Origin: Octopus sinensis
Lineage: Eukaryota
Assembly: GCF_006345805.1 (NCBI RefSeq)
Contig: NC_043016.1
Location: 16,926,001 to 16,990,000, forward strand
Direction: 5' to 3'
DNA length: 64,000 nucleotides
Shown here in pieces: positions 22,051 through 35,407 of this stretch (position 1 is its first letter; each line of letters begins with the position of its first letter). Below the pieces are notes generated by a model. It saw only the letters and a program-made list of their open reading frames with translations. It was not told where the DNA came from and searched no databases. The position numbers were made by a program, and so were the translations under genes.

Positions 22051-23344
22051 GGGGGAGCCTCTCATTTAACACGGCATCCTTGTTGAGTTGGATCTAAAGA
22101 TTACATTTTCGTATCCATACTGCTTCTGTTGGTAATAATTAATTCTTATCATGGTCTGTATTGAAAAAAATAATTTCTGCTGATCCAAAATAAATCGCAC
22201 TGACAGAATTATTTCAACACAGAGAAACCTGTGAAATACAACAATATTTGCTGCTGTGTACATCACTGTAAGATACATTCTGGTAGTAGTTTTTTTGTTT
22301 GTTATTTTTTTGATGAAGTTTCACTGTAGCTATATCAATATTTGTTCAAACATCATTCCTATCATTAATGGCTATTTATGATCAGAGTGGATAAAAAGAA
22401 AAAAACAACAACTGACTTGGTTTTTGAATCTGAATGCATTAATTTCTGGGCAGCTCCCCAATTAGCTAGCTCCTAGCATGGAGAACGGACGTTAAACGAT
22501 GATGATGATGATGATGATGACTACATTCTATGTACTAGTGCACATCAATATCCTTTTTATAATATCCTTTGGAGTTTCAATTTTCCATGTTCAGTCACAG
22601 TTATATAAAAATATAAAATAACTTTCTACTATTAACAATAATGGGACAGAATAAAAAAAAATATATATATATAAAATACTCAAATTATCTTATGTTAGTT
22701 ATGTTAACATATTTAATACAAAATTTAGATAAGTTAAAATGTTTTTGGGCCATATTTCACCTGTACAAAATCTAATTTGCCATAGAGAATGTTTTTTTGG
22801 CTAAACCAAGAAATGTTCTCAACAGTAAAGTAGTAGAGTATATGATTGTTGTACAGGTCAGATATGTCCCAAATATTGTTGAACTGATATGAATGTTAGT
22901 TTATTTACAACACTGCTTACACATACCCACTACAATATTTAAGAGGAAAGCTATCTAGAAATAGTTATGTAGTTAGGAAAAGACAATGATATTAATTTAA
23001 GATGAAAGACCTAATACTGCAGAATAAATATGTAGCAATTGTTTAAGTAAATAGATCTGACACTTTAACTTTTTAGCATTTAAATCAGCCATATCCGGCC
23101 AAAATATTCTTCCTGTTTTATGGACAAGCTGGCCAGAACCAGCCTTTCACACTTACCCTACAATGTTGGTCTAAAAATTATAAAGCCTTATAATCGAAAT
23201 CTCATGGCTACAAGATAACACCTGATTGATTAAAGATGTGAATAAATAAGCAGAACATTTGAGGGAATAATTTGAACTGGCTGCACCTGGGAAGGGTTCA
23301 CGGGAAACATAAAAAATGTAAGCATATATATACAGGGAACTGGT

Positions 23345-23527
23345 GCCATGAGAAATGTTTGCATATTTTGACCGTCTGTCTCTACGTTCTGGGTTCAAAT
23401 TCTGCTGAAGTTGACTTTGCCTTTCATCCTTTCGGGGTCGATAAATTAAGTACAGTTGCATACTGGGGTCAATCTAATCAACTGGCCCATCCCCATAAAA
23501 TTTTCAGGCCTACGGAATATAGAAAGT
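23345..23527 (+). mobile_element. SINE (GGTGGTGAGCTGGCAG family)
   Basis: GGGTTCAAATTC..GACTTTGCCTTTCATCCTTTCGGGGTCGATAAATTAAGTAC. Confidence 0.8.
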
Positions 23528-23674
23528 AATGTAACACCAATGACAATATAATCCAACCAAAATATCTCAGTTACGCAAATGTAGAGAGAATTACTATTTA
23601 ACCTTAGAATACATCATAACATATTCAAAGAATCTTCTCGGTTTAGTGGTAAGGAATGTTCTTCTGGTATTCTT

Positions 23675-24033
<359 letters not shown>

Positions 24034-24199
24034 GGGCTTGGAGGTAGCAGTGATGCTAGCTGGTGTGATTTTGTGGTTTGCTGGTATGCTGAGAGAGATC
24101 CAGTGGGCCCCTAACTGGTTCCCTGATTTTAAAGATGTAATGTAGATGTGTAATGATGGAGCAGTTGGTGCAATCATCTTCCTCACAGTACTTCATGGT

Positions 24200-24890
24200 A
24201 GACAATATTTTGTGTCTATGTCACACCACGTTTTTGTCCTTGTCTGTTATCCCAATTGAGTGTCATAACTCTTACTTTGATATCGTTCATAGCTCCTGCT
24301 CTTGAAAATGCAACATAATTGGCCATGAGAAAATACCAGTTGAGGCAAATGTATTCCAACTTTTTTCAAATGTTTGCCCTTGAGCCTTATTCATTGTCAC
24401 TGAATATGTAAGTCAAAGTGGAAACTGAAGTCTGTTTAGTGAGAATGGAGCATCTGCATCACTTGGGCTAAGTTTAATTCTGGGAATTAGAACTGTACGA
24501 CCTCTGTTGGAGCCATTTACCAATGATGCCTCTGCACAATGTTCATGAAGTCTTTGCACTTTCATGCGAGTTCCATTACATAATCCTTGACTGATCGAAA
24601 GATTTCTTAGCAGCATTACATTAGACCCTACTTTTAAGTTGAGACAATGAGGAGGCAAACCGGATGGAGTGAGTGAGTTTATGAATTCAAATGGATAGTT
24701 CTGAACCTCCTCTTCACTATTGCAGGACACTGAATCTGTGCTTAAGTACGTTTTAAATGCCTCTGGTATAATATTAAGGACTTTTTCATTTATTGCAAGA
24801 CAGTCAGAATTTTTAGGAGATGAAATTACTTGTTTTTCCATTTCTTCTGGTGTGCAGTTGTTGAAAATTTCTGGGTACAAATGTACGAAT
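24200..24890 (-). pseudogene. Helitron PIF1-like helicase C-terminal remnant
   Basis: INSLTPSGLPPHCLNLKVGSNVMLLRNL..GLCNGTR..IPRI..RLQFPL*LTYSVTMNKAQGQT..VFSHGQL. Confidence 0.88.
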
Positions 24891-25025
24891 TGAAATACTA
24901 AATGGATTTATGAATGAAAGTTTGGTAATTGTATTTATTTCCACCACACGGCACTTATTATTGCAAACATGTTTTAACTAACCTATACTATACACACACA
25001 CAAATACATTCATATATATATATAT

Positions 25026-25395
25026 ATATTGTTATATTTCGGAATGGTCATATTGCCAGTTTAGCCAATAAAAACACACGCACTATATATTTGGTGTTAT
25101 TTTGCTTCAGTGATATTTATTTTTTACATTAATCTTAATCTTATTTCGGCCAAAGTTCTTTCGTCACACTTCTGTGACCGCATCAGTGGTCCTTTGTTTT
25201 CTTCTCACTTAAGTGAGAAGAAAACAAAGGACCACTGATGCGGTCACAGAAGTGTGACGAAAGAACTTTGGCTGAAATAAGATTAAGATTAATGTAAAAA
25301 ATAAATATCACTGAAGCAAAATAACACCAAATATATAGTGCGTGTGTTTTTATTGGCTAAACTGGCAATATGACCATTCCGAAATATAACAATAT
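25026..25395. mobile_element. 370-bp spacerless palindrome, family C, with a hammerhead-like core
   Basis: Two 185-bp arms centred on TTAA at 25209-25212, with one mismatch. Each arm reads GGACCA-CTGATGCG-GTCACA-GAAG-TGTGAC-GAAA. Confidence 0.85.
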
Positions 25396-25456
25396 CTGTT
25401 TCAACACACGACTTCACATAAAAAATCTTGCACAACAAATATTTAAACGTATATAT

Positions 25457-25489
<33 letters not shown>

Positions 25490-25672
25490 GTCTCAAATTG
25501 TAACTGTAATTGAAAGGGGCCAGCCTTGTCATATCCTGTGTGAGGCTGAATCTCTCTGAGAACTACATTAATGTTATGCATGTCTCTGGAGTACTGTGGA
25601 GTTAATTTTATCCTCATATGGTAATGAAAAGTGAAACTGACATCCAATATTTGCTGTATTTATGTATCTATG

Positions 25673-25920
25673 GTGGAGGCGTGTGGCTTAGTGGTTAGGG
25701 TGTCAGCATCATGATTGTAAGATTTTGGTTTCAATTCCTGGACCAGGTGGCGCATTGTATCCTTGAGCAAAACACTTCATTTCACGTTGCTCCAGTCCAC
25801 TCAGCTGGTAAAAATGAGTAACGCTGCGATGGACAGGCGTCCCGTCCAGGTGAGGAGCACATGCGCCAGGGAAGCCGGGAAACCGGGCCCATGAGCCTGG
25901 CTAGGCTTTAAAAAGGGTGC
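25673..25920 (+). mobile_element. tRNA-derived SINE
   Basis: A box TGGCTTAGTGG and B box GGTTTCAATTCC, then a non-tRNA body; related to 2038-2203. Confidence 0.75.
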
Positions 25921-26254
25921 ATTTATTTTGTTTTTATTATGTATCTATGAATTTTTCTTTGGATTTATGTATATACTGTCTCTCTCTCTTTCTCACTTTC
26001 TCTTCCTTTGTGTTCCTTTTCTCTCCCGCTTTTGATTTAACAATGTGTATCTATGTTCTAACTTCTCTTGCAATGAGATAAACATTTAAAAACACAAAAC
26101 GAACGCCATCACCACTCACTGTCTCTTTCACTCTCTCTCTTTCTCTCTCTTTCTCCCTTACTTCCTCTCTGTCCTCCTCTCAATAGCTTTACCACTTCTT
26201 TGAAGTAAGCGCGACGCACACAAGAGGTACAAAAAAATTAGCGTATTAATATGT

Positions 26255-26398
26255 TCTTAGTTCAAATTCTGGCGAGGCTGACTTTTCCTTTCATCCTTTC
26301 GGGGTCGATAAATTAAATACCAGTTGCATACTTGGGTCGATCTAATTGACTGGCCTCTTGCCACAAAATTTTGGGCCTTGTGCCTAGAGTAGAAAGGA
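26255..26398 (+). mobile_element. SINE (GGTGGTGAGCTGGCAG family), partial
   Basis: AGTTCAAATTC..TTTCATCCTTTCGGGGTCGATAAATTAAATACCAG. Confidence 0.75.
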
Positions 26399-26592
26399 AT
26401 AAATAAATGAATAAATAAATAAAATGGCAGTCAGAACCAAATATATTTCCTGATATTACATAGTCTGTATGTCACGATTAAACATGTTTTTGAAAACGTA
26501 TGTGTAAACAAATACGTTTTTACAAATATGTACTAATTTGCGTGCGTGCATGCGTGTGTGTGCGTGTGTACATGTACACACCGCACAAACAC

Positions 26593-26644
<52 letters not shown>

Positions 26645-26756
26645 GGGCTTATAATACATTTCAGTTGTGAAGCTAATGTTTCAGAAACTCTTCATTCATA
26701 GTATTACCTCACCATCACCATCACCATCATCCTGGATCTGTTTCATTAAGACCACG

Positions 26757-26796
<40 letters not shown>

Positions 26797-26798
<2 letters not shown>

Positions 26799-26955
26799 CT
26801 TTTCTACCGAAGGTACAAGGCCTAAAATTTTGGGGAGGGGGATAGTTAATTATATCAACCCCAGTTTTACCAACCCTGAGAGGAGGAAAGGCAAGGTTGA
26901 CCTTGGTGGAATTTTATCTCAGAATGTAATGATGGGCAAAATACCACAAAGCATT
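26797..26955 (-). mobile_element. SINE (GGTGGTGAGCTGGCAG family), partial
   Basis: GGAAAGGCAAGGTTGACCTTGGTGGAATT; adjacent to (AAT)n. Confidence 0.65.
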
Positions 26956-26984
26956 TTGCTTGACCTTGACCAGTTGTTCATTGG

Positions 26985-27367
26985 TGGCTGACGATATGTG
27001 CATCTCTGACCACGAGCAGAAGTAATGGGGAAGCATCATAGCCATGTGTTGAGAGGGATTCTTTGGGGTTTGAATAATTCACCTTTGGAAACATGGATGG
27101 TTTGTTCAACATCCTTAAACAAACCTTATTCAGGGAGCTTTTGAGTGGGAAGGGCTACTCGACATGAAGAAAATTCTAACTGGGCCCCACCTACAAGGTC
27201 ATGTGCTGTTTATCTTGATGTGAGATTGCACACATATGGTTGTGATGCTTGTGCCTGGTGTACCCTTATCAGATGGGTAGTCATGGTGGGTATATTGGGC
27301 TTCGTATATTTGTGCCCCAGTGTCGATTTGATGGCATGCACTGCTCTCTCACTCAATAATAATAATT
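26985..27367 (+). mobile_element. Unclassified retroposon 3' end with (AAT)n tail
   Basis: GC-richer non-coding segment ending CTCTCTCACTC(AAT)n; family not identified. Confidence 0.4.
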
Positions 27368-27661
27368 ATTTAACTCAGATGCCAGGAAACCCCAAAATGG
27401 CAGAAATTCAAAAGATAGTGCTCATGGGAACTGCCCATATCCTATGCAAAATACTTTCTATGTAATCTCAAATTATATAAAACAAACATAATTTTCTTAT
27501 GGTTTCTTAAACATTCTCTAGTACAACACTAAGTACAAAACCAAATATATGGCACCTTAGGCATAACACCAACATGAACTTCTAACTTGTTGTCTCTTGA
27601 GGTCTCTGAGTGAGACTTGGAGCCAACTTGTACAAATGTAAAGCAAAAGTCAAACATAAAA
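27368..27661 (+). mobile_element. R4/Dong-like non-LTR element, extreme 3' end, between (TAA)n tracts
   Basis: TQMPGNPKMAEIQKIVLMGTAHILCKILSM* (the typical IQKxVLxGTAxILxK terminus), then a short UTR and (AAT)n at 27661-27778. Confidence 0.7.
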
Positions 27662-27674
27662 TAATAATAATAAC

Positions 27675-27709
<35 letters not shown>

Positions 27710-27731
27710 TAATAATAATAATAATAATAAC

Positions 27732-27775
<44 letters not shown>

Positions 27776-27789
27776 TAATACAATTTTGA

Positions 27790-27950
27790 TACAATGCCAA
27801 CAACTTTAGTGGGAGGAGATAAGTTGATTGCATCTACCTCAGAGCTCAACTGGTACTTATTTTATTGACCTGCAAAAGGATGACAAGCAAAGTTGATTCG
27901 GCAGTATATGAATCCAGAATGTAAAGACGGAGGAAATGCCGCTAAACATC
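27790..27950 (-). mobile_element. SINE (GGTGGTGAGCTGGCAG family), degraded
   Basis: AACTGGTACTTATTTTATTGACC..AAGGATGACAAGCAAAGTTGA. Confidence 0.6.
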
Positions 27951-29739
27951 ATGCCATACCTCAACATAGTTTTTTCCAATGCTGAAAGTTGTTCTGTGTA
28001 TTTGTTTATGCATAAAGACTTCTAAAGACGATGTTTTCCTTTGAAAACATTACTTGTCTCTTGTATTTAGATGATAAAAAAATCTTAGCTTTTACGATGG
28101 AGTATTTTATTTCAAAGCTACTTCATATGTCAGGAATTCTAAACTATGCAATTTATATACAACTGAGAATTATGAGATTCTGTTCATTAAAAAACATTAT
28201 TATTGTTATGTATACACAAGAAATTTGAAACACATCAACTTTATTCACTGCCACAATGAAAATACTTATTATTTACTATTCAGGATGTTTTACTTTATTT
28301 TTATAGTTTATAGAAGTCTCAATTTAGACAATTTATTAACCTAACTATTACTTTCAAATGCTCATGAACTGAGTTTTGTCCCTTGCTTCATAAATTATAT
28401 GAAAAAATGGAAAATTTTTTGTCTTAAACAAAGAGTCCTAAACTGTAATACTTCATCAGTTCACTCTCAAATAATTATGCTAATATCTGTATATAAGATT
28501 GTAGACTTTTTTCCTATTACCTGTAAATTTATTTAATTGTTTATTCATTTCATTTGGTTTGTCTGTGTGTCAGCTGTACCATATTTTTACTCAGATTTAT
28601 TACTGGTTATTTTTGTTTCTTGTATATTTTTGCTTTTGATTTGGCTGAATCAAATCTAGTTCTATGTGGATATATATATTGTTGCAATTTATCACCTTTG
28701 TTTAGAAATCACCATTTTACACCCTTGAAAATCCAACATGTTTGCTTAAAGAAAATGGCCATTCATACAGTTTTAATAAAGTGTAGCACTCTACAAGTTC
28801 CATTGTATTTGAATTATTTATATTAACAGCAGTCTTATACCTGTGAGTTTATCGTTGGACATCCGTTTTAATGTAAGAATCATCTACCTTTTTGATAAAA
28901 GTCAATATCAAGCACTTTTGAAGGGAAAGTCCTAATGAGAGGAAGGGCCATATGATAAGAAAGTTTTAATGAGGGGAAGTTCATAATAAAGGGAAGTCCT
29001 CATGAGGACTGTGTTGTAATGAAAGTAAAGTCTGATTGTAGGATCAGCTAGTGAGTGACTTTAGGTCCCTGGACTTGTATGAAGTTAGCTTCAAGCATCA
29101 TGTTTTCTTTCATCAACCTGATTCAGAGTAGGTGACTGTCTTATTTCATGAATATCTACAACTTAAAGTAAAATTAATATTCTGGAATGAGACAAAAATT
29201 TAAGCATGCAAGACATGAATAGCAGACAAAATATTTGATGGAGTAGAACAATTAGATTTCTTGCTGTGTCTTGAAGTATTCTTAAAAACAACCCCTACTA
29301 CTTAGAAGGGCTGGTCAGTAATATCCAATTGAATATCACTTGTATTATGAGAAATTACCATAGAAGAAGGAGTGATGAAAAGTCCTTCCAAATATGCTGG
29401 AGAAGTGGTGAGTATCAGAACAAGTATTGTTTGAACCACTTGACCACTTTTATGGACACGATCAGTTATTGTGGGTTGGTTATTGTGTTGGTCTGATGTC
29501 TAGAAGCTTAGAACACATTTCCAACATGGAGTGTATAGAATAGTGGTAAGGAATTATATAGTATAGAAATCGGTCAGAACTGTACTACTAATGTGGTGGA
29601 AAGAAAACTTAGTATTGATAAGTTCCAATATCATCTTCATATTCACAGTTTGCATATAGGAGTAGGTTATATTTGTTATAATGTAATATTTACGTGAAAA
29701 GAACTCAGTTCATACAGTAAAGTTTGTTCGTTCATTCAT

Positions 29740-30223
29740 CATCATCATCATCATTGTTTAAAGTCTGCCTTCTATGCTGGCATGGGTGGAACAGTTCGAC
29801 AGGAGCTGGCAAGGAAGGAGCCTGCACCAGACTTTTGTGTCTATTTTGGCAGGGTTTTTACAACTGGTTGCCCTTCCTAACACCAACCATTCAGCAGAGT
29901 GGACAGAGTGCCTTTTATTTGGCACAAGCACAGGCAAGGTCAGTTTTGGCAAGGTTTTTACAGCTGGTTGCCCTTCCAAATGCCAACCACTTTACAATGT
30001 GGACTGGATGCTTTTTAAGTGGCATCTGTACTGACAGGGTCACCAAGTAACTTGCAAGAGAAAAGTTTTTTTGGCAAGGGGAAGGAGGGCATTGGAAGAG
30101 GGGATCTGGTGTCAGATGATGAAAAGTTATAGTGAGACAGAGAGACAGAAACAGGTGTCTTGAAGTAGAGGAAGTACAAGGTTACCTGGCAAGAGAGAGA
30201 GAGAAAGAGAGAGAGAGAAGAGA

Positions 30224-30302
<79 letters not shown>

Positions 30303-33300
30303 GAAATGAAGACAGAAACAGGTGTGCTGCTGTAAAGGAAATACATGGTCACCCAACCTAAGGGAAGTGCAAGGAGAAGGAGAAAGAGAGAGAGTGAGAG
30401 ACATCAGGATAGAGATGGTGGCAAAGTGCCGGGCATACACACAAGGAAAGGGGATCAGGATATAAATGGGATGGTGAAGGAAGAGAGAGATAGAAGGTGG
30501 AAAGTGCCTTGAGGTTCAAACACCATAATATAAGGGGCAGGATATTAACAAAGAAGTGTGATTAGAGAGTGGGAAGGAGAAGCGAGTGGTGAAAACCTGG
30601 GTTTATATAGAGTGGTGGTGGTGGGCTATTGCATAGCAATGATACAGAGAAACAGGGCCAAGAGAACAGGATTAGGGAGTGAGAGGTAGGCATACTGTAT
30701 GAAAGAAGAGAAGAGATGTAGAGACATAGTTTGGTTTGTTGTGGTAGGGTGTGTGTTACGTGTGGGTGGGACACACAGCACTTCTAGAACTCAGTTTTGA
30801 TGATGTTGGTGGGTCATCTCAAGAACCTCATATTGCCAGACATCTCAGTCCCTTGTCATTTCCTCTGTGAAGCCAACATTCTGAGATCAGTCCTTACCAC
30901 TTCATCGCATATCTTCCTGGGTCTTCCTCTTCCGTGGGTACCATCCACTTTCAGTGATCAGCCCTTCTTTATACAACTGTCTTCATTCATACACATCACA
31001 TGTCCAAACTAATGTAGTCTTCTCTCTTGCATTCTACTGTTGATTCCTCTTATGCCCAGCTTTTCTCTCAATATATTTGCAGTTTGTCGTACATGTGCAC
31101 TGATGTTGCACATCCAATGGAGCATACTACCTTCATTTCTCTCCAGTCTAAACATGTCTTCTGCATTCAGAGCCCATGTCTCACTACCACGGAGTACTGC
31201 TGTTTGCACACAAGCATCATACAGTCTACCTTCCACTCTGAGAGAGAGGCCTTTTGTTGCCAACAGAGGTAATAGCTCTCTGAACTTCCTCCACCTTATT
31301 TTTATTTTAGAAATAATACTTTCAGAGCATCCTCCACCATTGCTTATTTGGTCACCTAGGCAACAGAATCCATCTATAACCCCAAGAGAACCTCGTGGGC
31401 ATTTGAAAGTCCCATGTGCTCTTAGTGCTTATTGTTCCTGCACATCTGCCACATACAAAGACAACTTTATCTGTCTTTGATTCCACTGCACCTCTTAGGT
31501 GTCCATAGCTTACACTGGCTGCAGTGAATGGAATTCCTTCCAACTCCTTTCCTACACATTGAGCAGGGCCATTTTACCTGATGGAAAGAGAGTTTTATCT
31601 TCTTCTTATTAACAACTTTGGTATTTGCTAAGATAACTTTAAGGCCCTTTGATTCCAGGTTTTATTTCCATATGTGGAATTTTTTCTCCAATTCTACTAA
31701 AGATTCTTCAATAAGAGCAAAGTCATCAGCATATAGCAGTTCCTATGGGCACCTAGTTTTGAATTCCTCTGTTATGGCCTGGAAAACTATAATGAATGAG
31801 TGGACTGAGAAGTGAGTGCTGGTGAACCCTTACTTGTACGCTAAATTCATCACTGTATTCAAGACCGACTCTCACCTTACTAACAGCACCATTGTACATG
31901 GTTTGTACAGCTCTAACAAACCACTCCTTTACTCTTAACTTCCTTAGAGGACACCAGTTAACAAAGCAGGGGACTATGTCGAAACCTTTCTCCAGGTCAA
32001 TGAAAGCTAAGAACAATGGTTTACTTTTGGCCAAATATTTTTCCTGCAGCTGTCTCACTAAGAAGATGGCATCTGTGGTACTCTTCCCAGGAACAAAACC
32101 AAACCGCATCTCATCTAGTTTAATTCCTAATCAATTCAACTATAACCCTCTCAGCAATTTTCCTGACTTTGTCTAGCAGTTTGATACCTCTGTGGTTGTT
32201 TCTATCTAAAGCATCACCTTTACCCTTGTAGCAGCTGACTATAATACTACTATACCAGTCATTGTGGATGATGCCCTCCTGAATAACCTGATTAACTATA
32301 CGAGTGACTAAGCAGTATCCTACGCCACTGGAAATTTTAATCATCTTGGCAGTGATTCCTGATGGTCAAGGGACTTTCCCTGTCTTCATGTCCTTAATTT
32401 CCTTACCTATTATTCTGCTATCAACTCTGATGACTAGTCCCTCTATTGGTTCCATATTTGGTAGACTCTCCTTCTCTAATTCATTTTCCATTTAGTAACC
32501 TTTCATAGTGGTTCTTCGATGGATTTTCTTCTCTGAGTCACTAAGTGCAAGCACACGATTGTCCATTTGCACACATTTCTCTCCTAACACATCTCTGTTC
32601 TCTCAGATACACAGCTTTGCAATCCTGAACACCTCATGCGTCTGATCCTTACACTGTAGAACATTTTCAAATCTCTTACCTTCAGCTCCTTCTTTTGCTA
32701 TGTATATCTGATGCCTAGCTGCCCTTTTGGCTATCTGATAGAATTCTCTGCTTCCACCATTTTACCAGTCTTTCCAAGCCTGTCTTTTGGCTTTTATAGC
32801 ACTTCCAATTTCCTTACTCCATCACCATCTCACCCTTGGTCTACCTGGGACTCTGTGCCAACCACAGATTTCATTTGTAGCCCTCAGTAGATTGTTCTGC
32901 TGGAAATTCCACTTGTCCTCTAAGCTATATGCTTCCAACTCTTCCTCTTGTCAGAAGCTTCAATTAGCAAATCTCTAAATTTTTGTCTGTTTGCTGGGTC
33001 TTTGAGCTTCCATAGTCTTCTTTTCCAGATTGGTTTATTTCTCCAGGTCTTTCTAGCTCTAATTCAGAAGTCACTAACTAGTAACCTATCTTGGTTTGTA
33101 TGCTCTTCACCTGGGAAAGACTTTATATTTTTAAGCATCCATTTATCTCATTGCCTGGTGTGGAGGTAGTCAGTTTGGCTTATGTGCACACCAGACTGAT
33201 AAGTGATTAGGTGGCTGCTGGTTTTTTGAAGTTAGTCAGATCATGAGATTATTTGCATCACAGAACTCCAGCAGTCTTGTTTCCTCCTCATTTCTAGGTT

Positions 33301-33480
33301 TAAAACCATAGACCCCATGCATTCCCTGGAATCCATGGAAGTGATGTCCAACATGTCCATTGAAATCACCATCAACAATAACGAAGTCTCTGTCATTTGT
33401 TGTTGAGGAGGTCTGCAAAAGAGTCTCATAGAATCGGTCCTTTTGCTCATCAGCCAGCTCAGACTGAGGTGCAAAGACAG
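29740..33480 (-). mobile_element. RTE-clade LINE, old and 5'-truncated (same subfamily as 369-1935)
   Basis: Minus fragments DFNGHVG, RLLEFCDANNL, HRGIKLL, MRFGFVPGKSTTDAIF, FIDLEKGFD, VFVCGRC and LRGSETWAL; (AG)n in the 3' UTR; (GAT)n tail near 29740. Confidence 0.9.
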
Positions 33481-33699
33481 AGATAAATGTAACTGTAAAT
33501 AATAAATCTTAACCTTTTTACCCCCAGCTTCCTAATTCTTTATATTTTGCTAAGATGATTGGAAAGTCTTAAAAGAAACATTATTAGGAGGTTCTTAACA
33601 GAATAAGTTCCATTATTGTATTCTTTGCTTTCATTTGTACACAAACCACTAATATGCGGTTGAGCTCTCTACAAACAGTAAATATATTCTTCTCTACTC

Positions 33700-33900
33700 T
33701 AGCCACAAGGCCCTAAATTTTTGGGGAGGGAGCCAGTTGGTGAGGTCGACCCTAGTGCACAACTGGTACTTAATTTATTGCCCCCGAAAGGATGAAAGGT
33801 AAACTCGACCTCGGTGGAACTTGAACTCAGAACGTGACGGCAGACAAAATACTGCTAAGCATTTCACCTGGCATGCTAACGTTTCTGCCAGCTCACTGCC
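33700..33900 (-). mobile_element. SINE (GGTGGTGAGCTGGCAG family)
   Basis: CCCGAAAGGATGAAAGGTAAACTCGACCTCGGTGGAACTTGAACTCAGAACG..CTGCCAGCTCACTGCC. Confidence 0.8.
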
Positions 33901-34612
33901 TGCAAACAGTAAATATATTGAAGATGGAAAACCATTCACTCCAACAATCAATACAAATATCTCTTCTGTGACTTCAGTGGACATAACCCAAACTGGCTTT
34001 TGCTGATTTTGACGACACAGAGGTCAGAGTCTTTATCTTCTGAACTGACTTTATTAATCTATATTTTTAATCAACACACTAACACTTCAAGCTTGTTCAC
34101 TCCAAATTCTAGTCTTTAACTAGCCTACATTTGTCTACCCATTAGATAATTAATTAATGCCATATACATTCAGAATTTCTAATCCTCTTGTGCTTCAGGT
34201 TAACAAACATTTCAAAGTTCCCTATTCCTGTTAAGAAACCCCAATTAAGAGCAGTGACACCTAATTGATGCCCAGTCATTAACTGTTGTTAAAACATTTG
34301 GTTCTATGTGTCTGATAATATGAATTCTAAATGGTACCTTTACTAAATTTACATTAATCATATATTATAGACAGAACTAATGGTTATTAGTTATAATCAT
34401 ATATTATTATGATACTGTTTAATTATAACAGTATAAACAGAAATAATAGTTATTGCTCCTGTTGTTAAACCCATAAGATGGCGAGAGAAGTAAGTCTCTG
34501 AAAGGTTTATTCTGATCTGGTGATTAGAAGTTATTGGTCGTTCATCCAAGTAATTTCAATATACACATGAATGCACACATGCAAAACGACAAACACTCAC
34601 TTAGCTTCAAGT

Positions 34613-34674
<62 letters not shown>

Positions 34675-35407
34675 ACACAGAGTAGCACTTGGATATATAC
34701 AATGAAATACTCTTTGTTCATGCACATATATTGACATTTTGACACACACACACACACACACATGTATCTTTGAATCATCCACTTGTCCCTTAACTGTTTG
34801 ACCACTGCTGACTCTATAGCCACTTACCCCTCTCCTGTTCAAGCAAAATGAGGAAAGAAAAAAAAAAGCCAACTTTGTTTTCCTCTGCTTCTTCCGTTAG
34901 CCATTTACCATTGCTCTAAGGCAATATGCATCATGTTCTGCACTTTTGGGAATCTATCTTCTTGTCTTTTTACCATCTTGTCTTGCTGTAGAGGTGATAC
35001 ATGGCTACCCCAGGTGGAAAGATAAAAAACATGGTGGTAATAAGGTGTCATACAGTACCCTCAAGATATAAAAAGGTAAATATAGGAGAGAGAGAGAGAT
35101 AAAGGATGGGTAGGTTCATAAGGGTGTGTGCATGTAGAGTGATTGATGGTTAGAGTTAGGGAATGCAGAGGTGAATGCAGTAAATGGTGAACACAGGTGG
35201 AAGAATGGTCAATGGAGAATATCAAAATAAATGAACAACCAGTCAGAATACAATCAAAGCAATTTTATGTCAACTTTAATGTTATACAAGCGCTGAAACA
35301 TGGGGTATATTTTATTGGTGATCTGTACCATCCCATATCCATTTATTTCGAATTTTCTTCTTTGTTTATTAAAACAGTTTAAAATGTCGTTACACATATT
35401 TGCAGAT

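Noticed and set aside
25673-25745. tRNA gene (also the heads at 2130-2200 and 54150-54217)
   Set aside because: A and B boxes are present, but there is no complete cloverleaf and the sequence continues into SINE bodies.
28900-29700. Possible LTR-retrotransposon remnant (purine-rich tract and short degenerate repeats)
   Set aside because: No recognisable integrase or RT motif and no second LTR.
34255-34340. Further minus-strand exons (also near 28845-28890, 33950-34070 and 36750-36780)
   Set aside because: Open frames or GT/AG sites are present, but polypyrimidine tracts are weak or absent and the peptides are uninformative.
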